Source: a virus (Duplodnaviria; Caudoviricetes). Taken from it: DNA of 64,000 nt. Location: the IMG/VR virus record IMGVR_UViG_3300029288_000071, positions 64,001-128,000 of that record; one strand, given 5' to 3'. Shown piece after piece: positions 1-8,339 of the stretch. The position numbers and the translations under genes are program-made. The notes beneath the pieces were generated by a model. That model made no database searches. It worked only from the letters and a program-made list of their open reading frames with translations, and was not told the origin of the DNA. Positions within the stretch are counted from its first letter, which is position 1. Each line of letters opens with the position of its first letter.

Positions 1-149
1 TCCAACAACAGTTGGATGTACAGGAGTCCATTGTCTTGTTTCAGGTCTAAAAGCTAAATCACAATCATAAATTATTTCAAAATCTTTTAACTTTCGATAA
101 TTTTCAGGAATATCAATATAATCATTATATTTGAGAATCATTTTCATTA

Positions 150-263
150 AAATATTCCGGTGTCCTACCTTTAGACGAAGAAAAAACCAGCTATAAATAC
201 TTATTATATACTTATACTTTAATGGTAAATTCTGTAAGATTCGGACTTACATTACCGGTTTTT
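150..263 (-). ncRNA. Circularly permuted tRNA-like RNA (T arm, closed acceptor hairpin, D arm)
   Basis: Minus strand reads CCGGT AAT GTAAG TCCGAAT CTTAC AGAATTTACCA, then a spacer, then TGGTTTTTTCT TC GTCTAAAGGTAGGAC ACCGG; the 3' half precedes the 5' half. Confidence 0.55.
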
Positions 264-265
264 AG

Positions 266-337
266 AGTCGGATATCAGATTTGCACTGATGTATTAGGTT
301 TTGCAGACCTATGCCTAAGCTACTCGACCAATCCGAC
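266..337 (-). tRNA. tRNA-Cys(GCA)
   Basis: Anticodon arm TAGGT-CTGCAAA-ACCTA; T loop TGCAAAT. Confidence 0.85.
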
Positions 338-648
338 ATTTCTGGCTATTAGCGGCCAGCTGCGCTGAGTAATTTTATTTATGAAAAATCAATATCATTA
401 AATTCTTCTAAATTTTTTAAAATATTTTTTGTAATTTTAAAAGTCCACCAGCAACCTAATACAATAGCTGCTAAAGTAAAAATTTTAGATGTTTTTTTCA
501 TTCTTTTATTTCTTCTAATTTTCCTCTACAATAAGGGCATTTATATAAAAATCTTGAAGGATCTGAAATACTTGGAAATTTTAATCGCTGAGTTTCCCAA
601 ATTTTCTTTTTACAATCTTCACATTGATATCGTTTTTCTTTTTCCATG

Positions 649-722
649 TGCCCGTTGTAGGTGTCGAACCCACTGTCTCTTCGGTGTAGACGAAGCGCTT
701 TATCCGGATAAGCTAAACAGGC
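649..722 (-). tRNA. tRNA-Val(TAC), C33
   Basis: CTTCG-TCTACAC-CGAAG; GGTTCGAC T loop. Confidence 0.85.
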
Positions 723-1285
723 AATTTAGGAACAATATAAATTACACCAACATTATCTCCTTCAGACTCATTGTTATACCAATATTCAAAATTTTCTCCG
801 TAAATTTGGTTAACTAATTTTTCTATACTTTCCCATTTATAAACAAAATCATAAAAAGTATCAAATTTAAGTTTAGGGTTGTTTGGATTGTAAAAATCAT
901 GTATTACAATAATTGGTTTAACTTTACAGTGTTCTGCTATTATTTCTAATTCTTTTGAAGTTGGAGTATCATAATAACCATGTGCATCTAAGAAAAACAA
1001 ACATCTATCTTTTATTTCATCTAAAAGTTTTGGAAGTATTTTTCTTGAATCTCCTAAGAAAAAATTAATATTTGAAATTTTGCTACAATTAATTTTTGCT
1101 TGATCAAAATGTTTTTGTTCTACTTCTATTCCATAAACTTGTTTAAAGTTCTCTGATAACCAGGTTGATGTACATCCTATATGAGAACCTGTTTCAATAG
1201 CAGTATCAATATTGAATTGATCTCTCAATTTAATAATCATTTTTGCAACAAATCTATCACCACTAAAATAATCTACTTCATTCAT
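713..1285 (-). CDS. Class I SAM-dependent methyltransferase
   Basis: IETGSHIGCTS motif I, GIE, GDS, FFLDAH, VIHD. Confidence 0.75.
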   Translation of the reverse strand: MNEVDYFSGDRFVAKMIIKLRDQFNIDTAIETGSHIGCTSTWLSENFKQVYGIEVEQKHFDQAKINCSKISNINFFLGDSRKILPKLLDEIKDRCLFFLDAHGYYDTPTSKELEIIAEHCKVKPIIVIHDFYNPNNPKLKFDTFYDFVYKWESIEKLVNQIYGENFEYWYNNESEGDNVGVIYIVPKLPV

Positions 1286-1292
1286 AATAATA

Positions 1293-1321
1293 AATATAAA
1301 ATATTAAGTATTAAATGTAAA
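1293..1321 (-). promoter_or_regulatory. Sigma70-like promoter TTTACA-N17-TATATT
   Basis: One of six copies with exact 17-nt spacing. Confidence 0.7.
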
Positions 1322-1334
1322 CAAAAATTTTTTG

Positions 1335-1408
1335 TAGGCCCAGAAGGTACCGCCCCTTCTCCTCCCGGTTAAAAGCCGGGTGCTTTCCACTATTAGAGCT
1401 TTGAGCCC
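1335..1408 (-). tRNA. tRNA-Lys(TTT), non-canonical T loop
   Basis: CCCGG-CTTTTAA-CCGGG; T arm GAAGG-GGCGGTA-CCTTC. Confidence 0.8.
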
Positions 1409-1412
1409 AACA

Positions 1413-1640
1413 TTAATAACCAATCTTTTTCATTAAATCTGTTACTTTCTTTTGTTCTTCTATAACTTTTTGTTTTTCTTCAGTAGCTTTATATTTTGCT
1501 GGACGGATAGCTGTATGATGTATATCATAGCAAATTGCTGGCTTTTTACAATTTTCACATGGGCCTCTGCTTCTTGAAGCTATATCTGCCCAAAAATCAT
1601 CAATATTAAATTTTTTAAGACATTCATCACATAAGAACAT
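1413..1640 (-). CDS. Small Zn-finger protein with C-terminal LMKKIGY module
   Basis: CxxC...CxxC; ends TDLMKKIGY. Confidence 0.7.
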   Translation of the reverse strand: MFLCDECLKKFNIDDFWADIASRSRGPCENCKKPAICYDIHHTAIRPAKYKATEEKQKVIEEQKKVTDLMKKIGY

Positions 1641-1824
1641 TTTAACCTCTTTCAGAATATTTCTTTTTTAGATACTGTCCTCGTAACTTTTTATCTTTAT
1701 AGTGTCTCCACTTATACAAAATAATAAGTGGATCATAGGCTCTGTTCCAATTCTTTTCAAAACCTCTACGACAGCGTTTTGCTTTTACACCATTTCCGAA
1801 AATCATTCCTATTAAATTCATAGG

Positions 1825-1900
1825 TCGGCATAGTAGGAATTGAACCTACCTAAACTTGCTTATAAGACAAGGCGAATGCGACCAGCTTCGTTTTATGCCG
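1825..1900 (-). tRNA. tRNA-Ile(TAT)
   Basis: CTTGT-CTTATAA-GCAAG; perfect acceptor stem CGGCATA/TATGCCG. Confidence 0.8.
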
Positions 1901-2027
1901 GATTTTACCATCTATCAAGAGGATCTTTTTTGCTAAAACAAAAATAAGTTAATCCTACAATCATATAAATTATTAACCCTATAGCAACTAAATCTCCAGG
2001 TTTCATGGTATCTCCTTTTTAATTTAT

Positions 2028-2222
2028 CTATGATTGAATTACATATACATGATGCAAATTTTCATATTCTTCTTTGGCTTGTTCTATATCTGTTTCTTGA
2101 ATAACTTTTTCTGTTAATTTTCTATCTTCATGTTCTTTAGGCTTCCATCGATTGGAATGCCCAGTTTTATGGGGTTTACATAAAGGACAACTTCTTCGTT
2201 TATTCTTTAGTTGTTTTCTCAT
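2028..2222 (-). CDS. Small basic protein with CxxC-H motif
   Basis: MRKQLKNKRRSCPLCKPHK; the ORF-track start lies inside a tRNA-like gene. Confidence 0.6.
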   Translation of the reverse strand: MRKQLKNKRRSCPLCKPHKTGHSNRWKPKEHEDRKLTEKVIQETDIEQAKEEYENLHHVYVIQS

Positions 2223-2247
2223 ATAGATTTTCGTTTTTACTAATAAA

Positions 2248-2389
2248 TGGTGGAGCCATCCGGATTTTACCAGCATCTCTCTACTTTCATGATAGAGCGT
2301 TCTTTAGACTTCAAAATAGTTTAATGAAATATTTAATGGCTTAAGCCAGTATTTCAGCCATTAAGCAATCTAGTTTGAACTATGACCCC
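2248..2389 (-). tRNA. Atypical tRNA-like gene with about 70-nt D-loop insertion, anticodon ambiguous
   Basis: Acceptor GGGGTCA/TGGCTCC-A-CCA; D stem GTTC/GAAC encloses a long structured insert; anticodon arm CTCTAT-CATGAAA-GTAGAG. Confidence 0.55.
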
Positions 2390-2396
2390 GTTATTG

Positions 2397-2468
2397 CAGA
2401 CCTAAGTGGTGCCGCCCCACTATCCCTTGGTTCAAAGCCAAGTGCTTCTACTGTTGAGCTATAGGTCC
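2397..2468 (-). tRNA. tRNA-Gln(TTG), non-canonical T loop
   Basis: CTTGG-CTTTGAA-CCAAG; T loop GGCGGCA. Confidence 0.8.
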
Positions 2469-2684
2469 ATTTTCTAACTTAAAAACGCTTGTTTTATGTT
2501 GAACAATTATAAATTTTGTGTGACAATTTTTACATTCATAAGGATCATTTTCATCAATAGAAATAAACAAATCATCATCACCATAATCAAATCCGCATTC
2601 AGGACAGTATTTAAGTGCTAAAAGTTCTTCTTCTTCCCAACTTTTCCAAAATTTAACTTTGTCTGTAATATCTATTTTATTCAT
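2448..2684 (-). CDS. Small Zn-ribbon protein
   Basis: CPECG...CKNCH. Confidence 0.65.
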   Translation of the reverse strand: MNKIDITDKVKFWKSWEEEELLALKYCPECGFDYGDDDLFISIDENDPYECKNCHTKFIIVQHKTSVFKLENGPIAQQ

Positions 2685-2686
2685 AG

Positions 2687-2770
2687 TGCGAATATAGGGA
2701 CTTGAACCCTAACGAGATTTCTCTCACTGGCTTCTTAGACCAGCACGTATTCCAATTCCGTCATATTCGC
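2687..2770 (-). tRNA. tRNA-Leu(AAG)
   Basis: CTGGT-CTAAGAA-GCCAG; long variable arm. Confidence 0.85.
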
Positions 2771-2775
2771 GTTAG

Positions 2776-2848
2776 AGCACCATAAGGGAGTCGAACCCTT
2801 CTATCTGGTTTGGAAGACCAGCTCCTAAAGCCGCTCGGACAATGATGC
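2776..2848 (-). tRNA. tRNA-Gly(TCC)
   Basis: CTGGT-CTTCCAA-ACCAG. Confidence 0.85.
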
Positions 2849-2850
2849 GT

Positions 2851-3108
2851 TTATAGATATTTCTTAATTAAATATTTCTTATTTATTTTAAATTTTTTCA
2901 ATGTAGAATCTGGAACATCCCAAGGATATTCTAAAACTGGATATTTTTTTATACACATTACGATTTTACCACATTTGGGACATTTATGCTCATATCGAGC
3001 TAATTCTGCATCTGTTTTTTCCCATCCTGTATATTCTACAATACCTTTTTTACATTTTTCACATATCCAATCATGTGAAAACATTTTGAATAAAGAATAT
3101 TTATGCAT
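2851..3108 (-). CDS. Small Zn-ribbon protein
   Basis: CEKC...CPKCG. Confidence 0.6.
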   Translation of the reverse strand: MHKYSLFKMFSHDWICEKCKKGIVEYTGWEKTDAELARYEHKCPKCGKIVMCIKKYPVLEYPWDVPDSTLKKFKINKKYLIKKYL

Positions 3109-3269
3109 TTTATTATTTTTCTTGTTTGTTATTTTTTATTTCAAGTTCAGCTTTTAATTTTCTATTTTCAACAAGCAAATCTCTAACTTGTTGAGCATAA
3201 TCAGCTCGAAGTTTCAGTTCTGCTTTAAGCTTTTCAATTTCTTCTTTGAGTTCAATAAAAGTCATTTTG

Positions 3270-3346
3270 TCCGCTCAGTTGGAGTTGAACCAACGTGTGA
3301 CCGTCTACCCTTTCAACGGCTTATCAGACCGAGGGGATATGAGCGG
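3270..3346 (-). tRNA. tRNA-Ile(GAT) with rearranged D region
   Basis: Perfect acceptor and T arm; anticodon arm CGGT-CTGATAA-GCCG begins about 8 nt after the acceptor 5' strand; D-loop-like AGACGG lies 3' of it. Confidence 0.7.
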
Positions 3347-3351
3347 GTTTT

Positions 3352-3927
3352 TCAAGTTGTAAGCTGGATTGTTGTTTTATTTTTTATCAAATCAACAAGT
3401 TTATTTAATCTTTTCTGTTCTTTCTTTAATTCTGGCATTAATTTCATATTATGTCGTTTGTAAGATGCAAATGCTGTAGAAAGCCAGCTAATATCACTTT
3501 CATCATCAACTAATCTTGTTAAGACTTTAAGCTGTGATAACTCATTTAATGTAACTACTTCGCTATCTGAACAACCCCAACAAAAAGTATCACTACAACT
3601 TAATGTTAAGACAGGATTACTGTCATAGTAAATTGTTTTATCTTCTCTTTTAGCATTCCAATCAGATTCTTTTTTGCTTTTTACAATATGAATAAATAAT
3701 CCGTGATTTTTGAAAAATTCTAAAACTTCTTTTTCTTCATCTTTTAAAGAATTATACCATAATTCTAAAATAGCAGCTCTAGTTGTGATATCAGAATAAC
3801 ATGCATTCCAACCATCTTCCCATTTAGTTCTTTCTTTTGAAGATACTTCTTTACCTTTTTCATCAACTGTTGATGTTTTAGCTGGATATATTCCTGTTGT
3901 ATCTAAAACTTCTTCTAAAAAATTCAT
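3352..3927 (-). CDS. Hypothetical protein
   Basis: 191-aa ORF; GWNAC and CSDTFCWGCSD motifs. Confidence 0.65.
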   Translation of the reverse strand: MNFLEEVLDTTGIYPAKTSTVDEKGKEVSSKERTKWEDGWNACYSDITTRAAILELWYNSLKDEEKEVLEFFKNHGLFIHIVKSKKESDWNAKREDKTIYYDSNPVLTLSCSDTFCWGCSDSEVVTLNELSQLKVLTRLVDDESDISWLSTAFASYKRHNMKLMPELKKEQKRLNKLVDLIKNKTTIQLTT

Positions 3928-4190
3928 ACATCATATCCTATCTTTTGCATTAATAATTCTATTTTCAAATCTTCATCTTTAATATCATTGATAGAAACTC
4001 TTTTTTGAGTTGCTGTTATTACACTTTGTTGAGTTCTTTGAATCTGCTTCACATATTTTTCTACGTATTTCGATAATTCCCTTGGTTTGAGATGACCAAC
4101 ATCTATATAATAGATTTTGCGCGAAGAATCAATTTTATGTTCATATAATTTGTTTTTATAAACTCCAGGAGTTTGAATTCCATTTAACAT
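3924..4190 (-). CDS. Portal-clip-like mini-protein with LMQKIGY module
   Basis: RKIYYIDVGHLKPRELSKYVEK matches RRIFYIDVGNISANDVPSFMQK of this genome's portal. Confidence 0.7.
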   Translation of the reverse strand: MLNGIQTPGVYKNKLYEHKIDSSRKIYYIDVGHLKPRELSKYVEKYVKQIQRTQQSVITATQKRVSINDIKDEDLKIELLMQKIGYDV

Positions 4191-4208
4191 AAAAATTTTC
4201 CTTTTTTG

Positions 4209-4281
4209 TGGTGACTCTCGGTACCGCCCCGAGTTCTACGGTTCTTCAGACCGTCGCAATGGCTTCACCTGCTCAGTCACC
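4209..4281 (-). tRNA. tRNA-Phe(GAA), non-canonical T loop
   Basis: ACGGT-CTGAAGA-ACCGT; T loop GGCGGTA. Confidence 0.8.
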
Positions 4282-4725
4282 GTTTTTACTAAAACCATCT
4301 ACTGTATATCCTAATTTATACATTAAGTTTGTACAAGGATCTTCTAATAACTTATTTAATTTCTCTTGTTTTATAAAAATAGCTTCTCGTCTTATTTGTT
4401 CAGATTTTTGTTCAAAGAATATAGCAATTTCATCTTTATTTATACGATTATTTTTATAACCATTTAATGATACTGACCAATTTAATTCATAATTATCTGA
4501 AAAAGTGCATATAAACTTCAAATCTTCTAGATCACTTGAAAAACTAATAATTCTCCATTCAAATTTCAAGTTTGGAAATTCAGCTTTCATCATTTCTAAA
4601 ATTGATTTTTCAAAAATGGGCCAATCACAAAAATCATTAACATTTTTTGCATCATTCCAATATTTAGAAACAGTTTTTTCTTGTTGTCTTGTTAACCAAG
4701 CAATATGTGCTTTATCTTTTTTCAT
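4273..4725 (-). CDS. Hypothetical protein with LMYKLGY module
   Basis: DPCTNLMYKLGY near the C-terminus. Confidence 0.65.
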   Translation of the reverse strand: MKKDKAHIAWLTRQQEKTVSKYWNDAKNVNDFCDWPIFEKSILEMMKAEFPNLKFEWRIISFSSDLEDLKFICTFSDNYELNWSVSLNGYKNNRINKDEIAIFFEQKSEQIRREAIFIKQEKLNKLLEDPCTNLMYKLGYTVDGFSKNGD

Positions 4726-4876
4726 AACCCATCTTATACATTAACTGTTGTATAGGGTCAATTTCTTCAACAACTTCAACTTCTTCTCCAAGATAATATG
4801 GTTTTTTTAAAGAATTAAAAAAAATTGTTGGTTCAGTGCATTTTTTTAAATAATCATTGTATGTCATCTGTATCAT
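4712..4876 (-). CDS. Small protein with LMYKMGY module
   Basis: Start MIQMTY just after tRNA-Pro; ends DPIQQLMYKMGYEKR. Confidence 0.6.
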   Translation of the reverse strand: MIQMTYNDYLKKCTEPTIFFNSLKKPYYLGEEVEVVEEIDPIQQLMYKMGYEKR

Positions 4877-4878
4877 AG

Positions 4879-4952
4879 TCGGTGTAGCTGGATTTGAACC
4901 AGCGATTTCTTGGTCCCAGGCCAAGCGGATTTCCGGGCTTTCCTATACACCG
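4879..4952 (-). tRNA. tRNA-Pro(TGG), C33
   Basis: CTTGG-CCTGGGA-CCAAG; CGG/CCG-A acceptor. Confidence 0.8.
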
Positions 4953-5173
4953 TTTTTCTTCAAAAATTCAATTACATAATCATAATCTGTATGGGGTAAA
5001 TTACATTCACTACAATCTTTATTCCCATCTTCTGTCATAGAAAAATTACCACCGCAATTATAATAATCATACAAGGGACAGTAGCAGAACATGCAATTAA
5101 GTTGTGTAATTCCTTCATGACAAGGATAATATTCACATTCTGTATTACAAAAAAATCTTTTACTATTTTTCAT
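4943..5173 (-). CDS. Cysteine-rich small domain (zf-like) protein
   Basis: CEYYPCH...NCMFCYCPLY...CGG...KDCSECNLPH. Confidence 0.8.
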   Translation of the reverse strand: MKNSKRFFCNTECEYYPCHEGITQLNCMFCYCPLYDYYNCGGNFSMTEDGNKDCSECNLPHTDYDYVIEFLKKNGV

Positions 5174-5175
5174 AG

Positions 5176-5246
5176 TAGCGCATAAGAGTGCCGCCCTCTT
5201 GTTTCCAGCTTGAGAAACTGGTATCTTTCTGTTCGATCAATGCGCC
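5176..5246 (-). tRNA. tRNA-Glu(CTC), non-canonical T loop
   Basis: CCAGT-TTCTCAA-GCTGG; T loop GGCGGCA. Confidence 0.8.
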
Positions 5247-5252
5247 AATTTG

Positions 5253-5441
5253 TTATAAGATAGTATTACCTTCTTTGATAATTTTTGAAATTTTATTTTT
5301 CAGATAATTGTTTTTGAAACGATATTTTTTTAAAATTCTACGTTCATGGTGATTTAGTCTATTACCTTTTCCCTTACCAATATAAAAAGGTATAGTTGGT
5401 GTTTTAGATGAACAAAGTTCATATGTATAATATTCATTCAT
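5253..5441 (-). pseudogene. Truncated GIY-YIG endonuclease remnant
   Basis: YYTYEL...PFYIGKGKGNR..H; stops at 62 aa before the catalytic Glu helix. Confidence 0.6.
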
Positions 5442-5445
5442 TTTG

Positions 5446-5521
5446 TACTCCTAGAGAGATTCGAACTCTCATGATAACTTGTTTAGAAGACAAGTGACTT
5501 ATCCAATTAGTCCATAGGAGC
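5446..5521 (-). tRNA. tRNA-Arg(TCT)
   Basis: CTTGT-CTTCTAA-ACAAG. Confidence 0.85.
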
Positions 5522-5523
5522 AT

Positions 5524-5850
5524 TTAATAACCAATTCTCTTCATTAAAACTTCAATTGGATTGATAGTTATCTTATTATCTGTTTTAATGTGAAATTTAT
5601 TTATAAAATCCATATAATCAAATTTATCAGAACTATTTCGCAATTCATCAAGTCTTACATTTTCTACTTTAACTTGACCTTGATGTCCGTATCTATCTTT
5701 CGTCACATAGCATCTAATTTGAAGAATATGATCATTAGTTAGAGGTTGATATACATCTTGAATATCACCTACAAATGTAGCATATTCTATTTCTCTCTGA
5801 TCAAGTTTTTCTTGAACATGCCAGCATTCATGTATCTTCATCAGTTTCAT
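5524..5850 (-). CDS. Hypothetical protein with LMKRIGY module
   Basis: Ends NPIEVLMKRIGY. Confidence 0.65.
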   Translation of the reverse strand: MKLMKIHECWHVQEKLDQREIEYATFVGDIQDVYQPLTNDHILQIRCYVTKDRYGHQGQVKVENVRLDELRNSSDKFDYMDFINKFHIKTDNKITINPIEVLMKRIGY

Positions 5851-5854
5851 TTTG

Positions 5855-5929
5855 TACCGTGTATGGGAGTCGAACCCATAATCTCCATCCTTGAAAGGGA
5901 GGTGTGCTTGGCCATTCCACTAACACGGC
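5855..5929 (-). tRNA. tRNA-Glu(TTC)
   Basis: CCTCC-CTTTCAA-GGA(T)GG, bulged anticodon stem. Confidence 0.8.
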
Positions 5930-5938
5930 ATAAATAAA

Positions 5939-6184
5939 TTACTTAATGTGTTTAAACAATATTGATATTTTTTCTTTATCATTACTCTTTCCAACTACTT
6001 TATCGAAAAGTCTTCCTAAAACGCCTGGACGAGAAACAACAATAGTCATATTTTCAGCTAGATTTGTTCCTTGTAAATTAGTAATAAATTTTTCATCAAT
6101 TAAATTTGATAATATTATTTCTTTAACTAGATTTGCAAATCTAGTTAAATCTTCAGCATTGTAAATATATTCTGTTGTTACCAT
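5939..6184 (-). CDS. Hypothetical protein
   Basis: 81 aa with AAGGA SD-like site. Confidence 0.55.
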   Translation of the reverse strand: MVTTEYIYNAEDLTRFANLVKEIILSNLIDEKFITNLQGTNLAENMTIVVSRPGVLGRLFDKVVGKSNDKEKISILFKHIK

Positions 6185-6212
6185 TTGTTCATTCCTTTTA
6201 TAATTGTTTTTG

Positions 6213-6298
6213 TCGGAGTGGAGAGATTCGAACTCTCAAGTTCAGTAATGACCGTGGTTCCAAGCCACGAGGGCTCCCAGCTACCCGCCTACACTCCG
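6213..6298 (-). tRNA. tRNA-Pro(TGG) with long variable arm
   Basis: CGTGG-CTTGGAA-CCACG; variable arm TCA-TTAC-TGA. Confidence 0.75.
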
Positions 6299-6308
6299 AA
6301 TATTTTTG

Positions 6309-6383
6309 TGCTTCTATTGGGATTTGAACCCAAAGTCTTACGCATTAAAAGTGCGATGATTTAGCCAGTTAATCTATAGAAGC
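6309..6383 (-). tRNA. tRNA-Lys(TTT)
   Basis: CGCA-CTTTTAA-TGCG. Confidence 0.85.
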
Positions 6384-6554
6384 ATTTTTATAACCCATTT
6401 TCTTCATCAATATTCTTATAGGATCGGTTTCAATTTTAGATTTTATTTTTTTATTTTTATTTTCAGGATGATAATCAGGATGATATTTATGTGCTCTTAT
6501 CATTCCATCCCAAAAACCATCATTAACATAATCACGCCATTGCTGTTTAGTCAT
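6369..6554 (-). CDS. Small protein with LMKKMGY module
   Basis: DPIRILMKKMGY. Confidence 0.6.
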   Translation of the reverse strand: MTKQQWRDYVNDGFWDGMIRAHKYHPDYHPENKNKKIKSKIETDPIRILMKKMGYKNASID

Positions 6555-6804
6555 TGTGCTTCTTCACATCAAATTTTACTGTAAAATAACCACTAATAAA
6601 AGAACCTAAAACTGCTGGAATTAACATCCATTTGTTTTCAACATAACTTAAAATAACTCCTGCTCCCATTAACCAGAGTATTGCTCCAAAAATTGCTGAA
6701 CTAAGAGCTTTACCTTGAGCAGTTCTTCTCATCCATAATACCCAAAGAAATTCTGCAGTAGCAGTTAAAGTAAAAGCGATTATTGATTGTAAGATCCAAT
6801 TCAT
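6547..6804 (-). CDS. Small 3-TM membrane protein
   Basis: Three hydrophobic segments. Confidence 0.65.
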   Translation of the reverse strand: MNWILQSIIAFTLTATAEFLWVLWMRRTAQGKALSSAIFGAILWLMGAGVILSYVENKWMLIPAVLGSFISGYFTVKFDVKKHND

Positions 6805-7067
6805 TTTTGAATAGCCTCAATTTGATCTGCAGTTGCTTCTAGTGAAATTTTTAGTTCAGGTCTAGCAGTATTAAAATAATGATTTCCAATTTGATGAAAA
6901 TTTGGATTACATTGTACATTCCATTGCAATAATCGAATATTTATCATTCTCCAAGCCATTAGATCTCTGAAAAAATCTCCAGTAAATTCTAAAGTTCCGA
7001 TTATAATTAGATCTTTTTCTTTATCAATGATAACATCAAATTCATCAGATTCAGCTTCATTAGTCAT
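6801..7067 (-). CDS. Hypothetical protein
   Basis: Start moved to MTNEAES, outside tRNA-Ser. Confidence 0.5.
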   Translation of the reverse strand: MTNEAESDEFDVIIDKEKDLIIIGTLEFTGDFFRDLMAWRMINIRLLQWNVQCNPNFHQIGNHYFNTARPELKISLEATADQIEAIQK

Positions 7068-7091
7068 AAAATCATCTTTCTTATTTTTTTG

Positions 7092-7174
7092 CGGAGGATG
7101 AGGGACTTGAACCCCCACAACCCGAAGGTACTGGTTTTCAGGACCAGGGCGATACCGTTACGCTTTAATCCTCC
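7092..7174 (-). tRNA. tRNA-Ser(TGA), C33
   Basis: CTGGT-CCTGAAA-ACCAG; variable arm ACC-TTCG-GGT; G73. Confidence 0.85.
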
Positions 7175-7183
7175 AAATTCTTA

Positions 7184-7633
7184 TCAATCCCATCCATGAC
7201 ACCCACAATAAAATTCATCAAATTCTAAGCCGCCAACACAAGGTTCAAATTGCTTTCCATTATGTTCACATAAAGATTCCATTTTCTTTTTACTATTTTC
7301 GTAATAACCAGTTCCACCTTGAGATGGATGAGCATCAGCAAAATAGAAACAATTTTTACATTTAGATTCATATTTAGAACCTGGGCCTCTATATTCAAAA
7401 AATGCTAAATTTGGTGATGAATCTCTTTCACAAGTGCAAGTTGAACCACATTTTGAACATTCAGACTTATGAGTTTGTTTTCCATAAAAACCGCAGCGAG
7501 CCTTTCTGTTTTTAAGCAATTCTTCTACATTGTGTTCTGTATCAATTTCAAAACAAGAACAAATAACACAAGCAGGTTTGTTATTACTGATAGAATTAGC
7601 AATATGTCCGCATTTCATTAAAGGTTTATTCAT
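7184..7633 (-). CDS. Cys-rich hypothetical protein
   Basis: Multiple CxxC motifs; ends FYCGCHGWD. Confidence 0.65.
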   Translation of the reverse strand: MNKPLMKCGHIANSISNNKPACVICSCFEIDTEHNVEELLKNRKARCGFYGKQTHKSECSKCGSTCTCERDSSPNLAFFEYRGPGSKYESKCKNCFYFADAHPSQGGTGYYENSKKKMESLCEHNGKQFEPCVGGLEFDEFYCGCHGWD

Positions 7634-7862
7634 ATCCCATTTTTCTCATTAATGTAACTATTTCTGCTCCACCATGTCGTCTAATTTGATATGCTTCATG
7701 TAAAGCTTTGTAATTTTGTTGAACAGCAAATGTTGCTAAAGGATTTCCACAACAATGAACATTTAAAATACTTGATTTATATCTGTTTTTATAATTTCTT
7801 TTCCACCAAGCTTGTTCTTTATTCTGTTCTTTTTTCCATTGTTGTATGTCATAATTTATCAT
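7626..7862 (-). CDS. Small protein with LMRKMGY module
   Basis: Start MINYD after tRNA(CAT); ends EIVTLMRKMGYE. Confidence 0.6.
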   Translation of the reverse strand: MINYDIQQWKKEQNKEQAWWKRNYKNRYKSSILNVHCCGNPLATFAVQQNYKALHEAYQIRRHGGAEIVTLMRKMGYE

Positions 7863-7869
7863 AAAGTAG

Positions 7870-7944
7870 TACCGATGTAGGGAGTTGAACCCTATATTTT
7901 TATAGATTATGATTCTATTGCACCAACCGTTATGCGCCATCGGC
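7870..7944 (-). tRNA. tRNA-Met or Ile2(CAT)
   Basis: ATAGA-ATCATAA-TCTAT. Confidence 0.75.
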
Positions 7945-7953
7945 ATTTATTTG

Positions 7954-8025
7954 AGCCGAATACCTGAATCGAACAGGTGACTGAGCTTTACAGGAGCCCC
8001 ATTTTTCCGATTAAACTAATCCGGC
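7954..8025 (-). tRNA. tRNA-Thr(TGT), C33
   Basis: GGGCT-CCTGTAA-AGCTC. Confidence 0.8.
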
Positions 8026-8133
8026 AAAAATTATCTTTGTGTACCACATCTTTTACATTTACTTCCAAAGAATCCAAAAAAATGACCTCCATTATATTTT
8101 TTGTATTCATTTCCATCTTCCATTTTCTGATAA

Positions 8134-8337
8134 CTAATCCAGCTTAAGTTTTTCTTTACAATAGCCATTTATAAAATGATTTCTTAAAAATAATTGAACA
8201 TTCCAAGCAACAGATTTATATAAACATTCTTTACATAAAAAATAATGATTCCCATTTTCATCAAATTCTTGAATCCAGTCAGGATCTTTTTGAAAATATC
8301 CCATTTTTATCATTAATATTTCTACTTCAGATTTCAT
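8134..8337 (-). CDS. Small Zn-finger protein with N-terminal LMIKMGY module
   Basis: MKSEVEILMIKMGY...CKEC...H...C. Confidence 0.6.
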   Translation of the reverse strand: MKSEVEILMIKMGYFQKDPDWIQEFDENGNHYFLCKECLYKSVAWNVQLFLRNHFINGYCKEKLKLD

Positions 8338-8339
8338 TG

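Noticed and set aside
255-268. Amber suppressor anticodon CT-CTA-AA
   Set aside because: It overlaps the tRNA-Cys 3' end, is out of register by one A, and has no contiguous 5' stem
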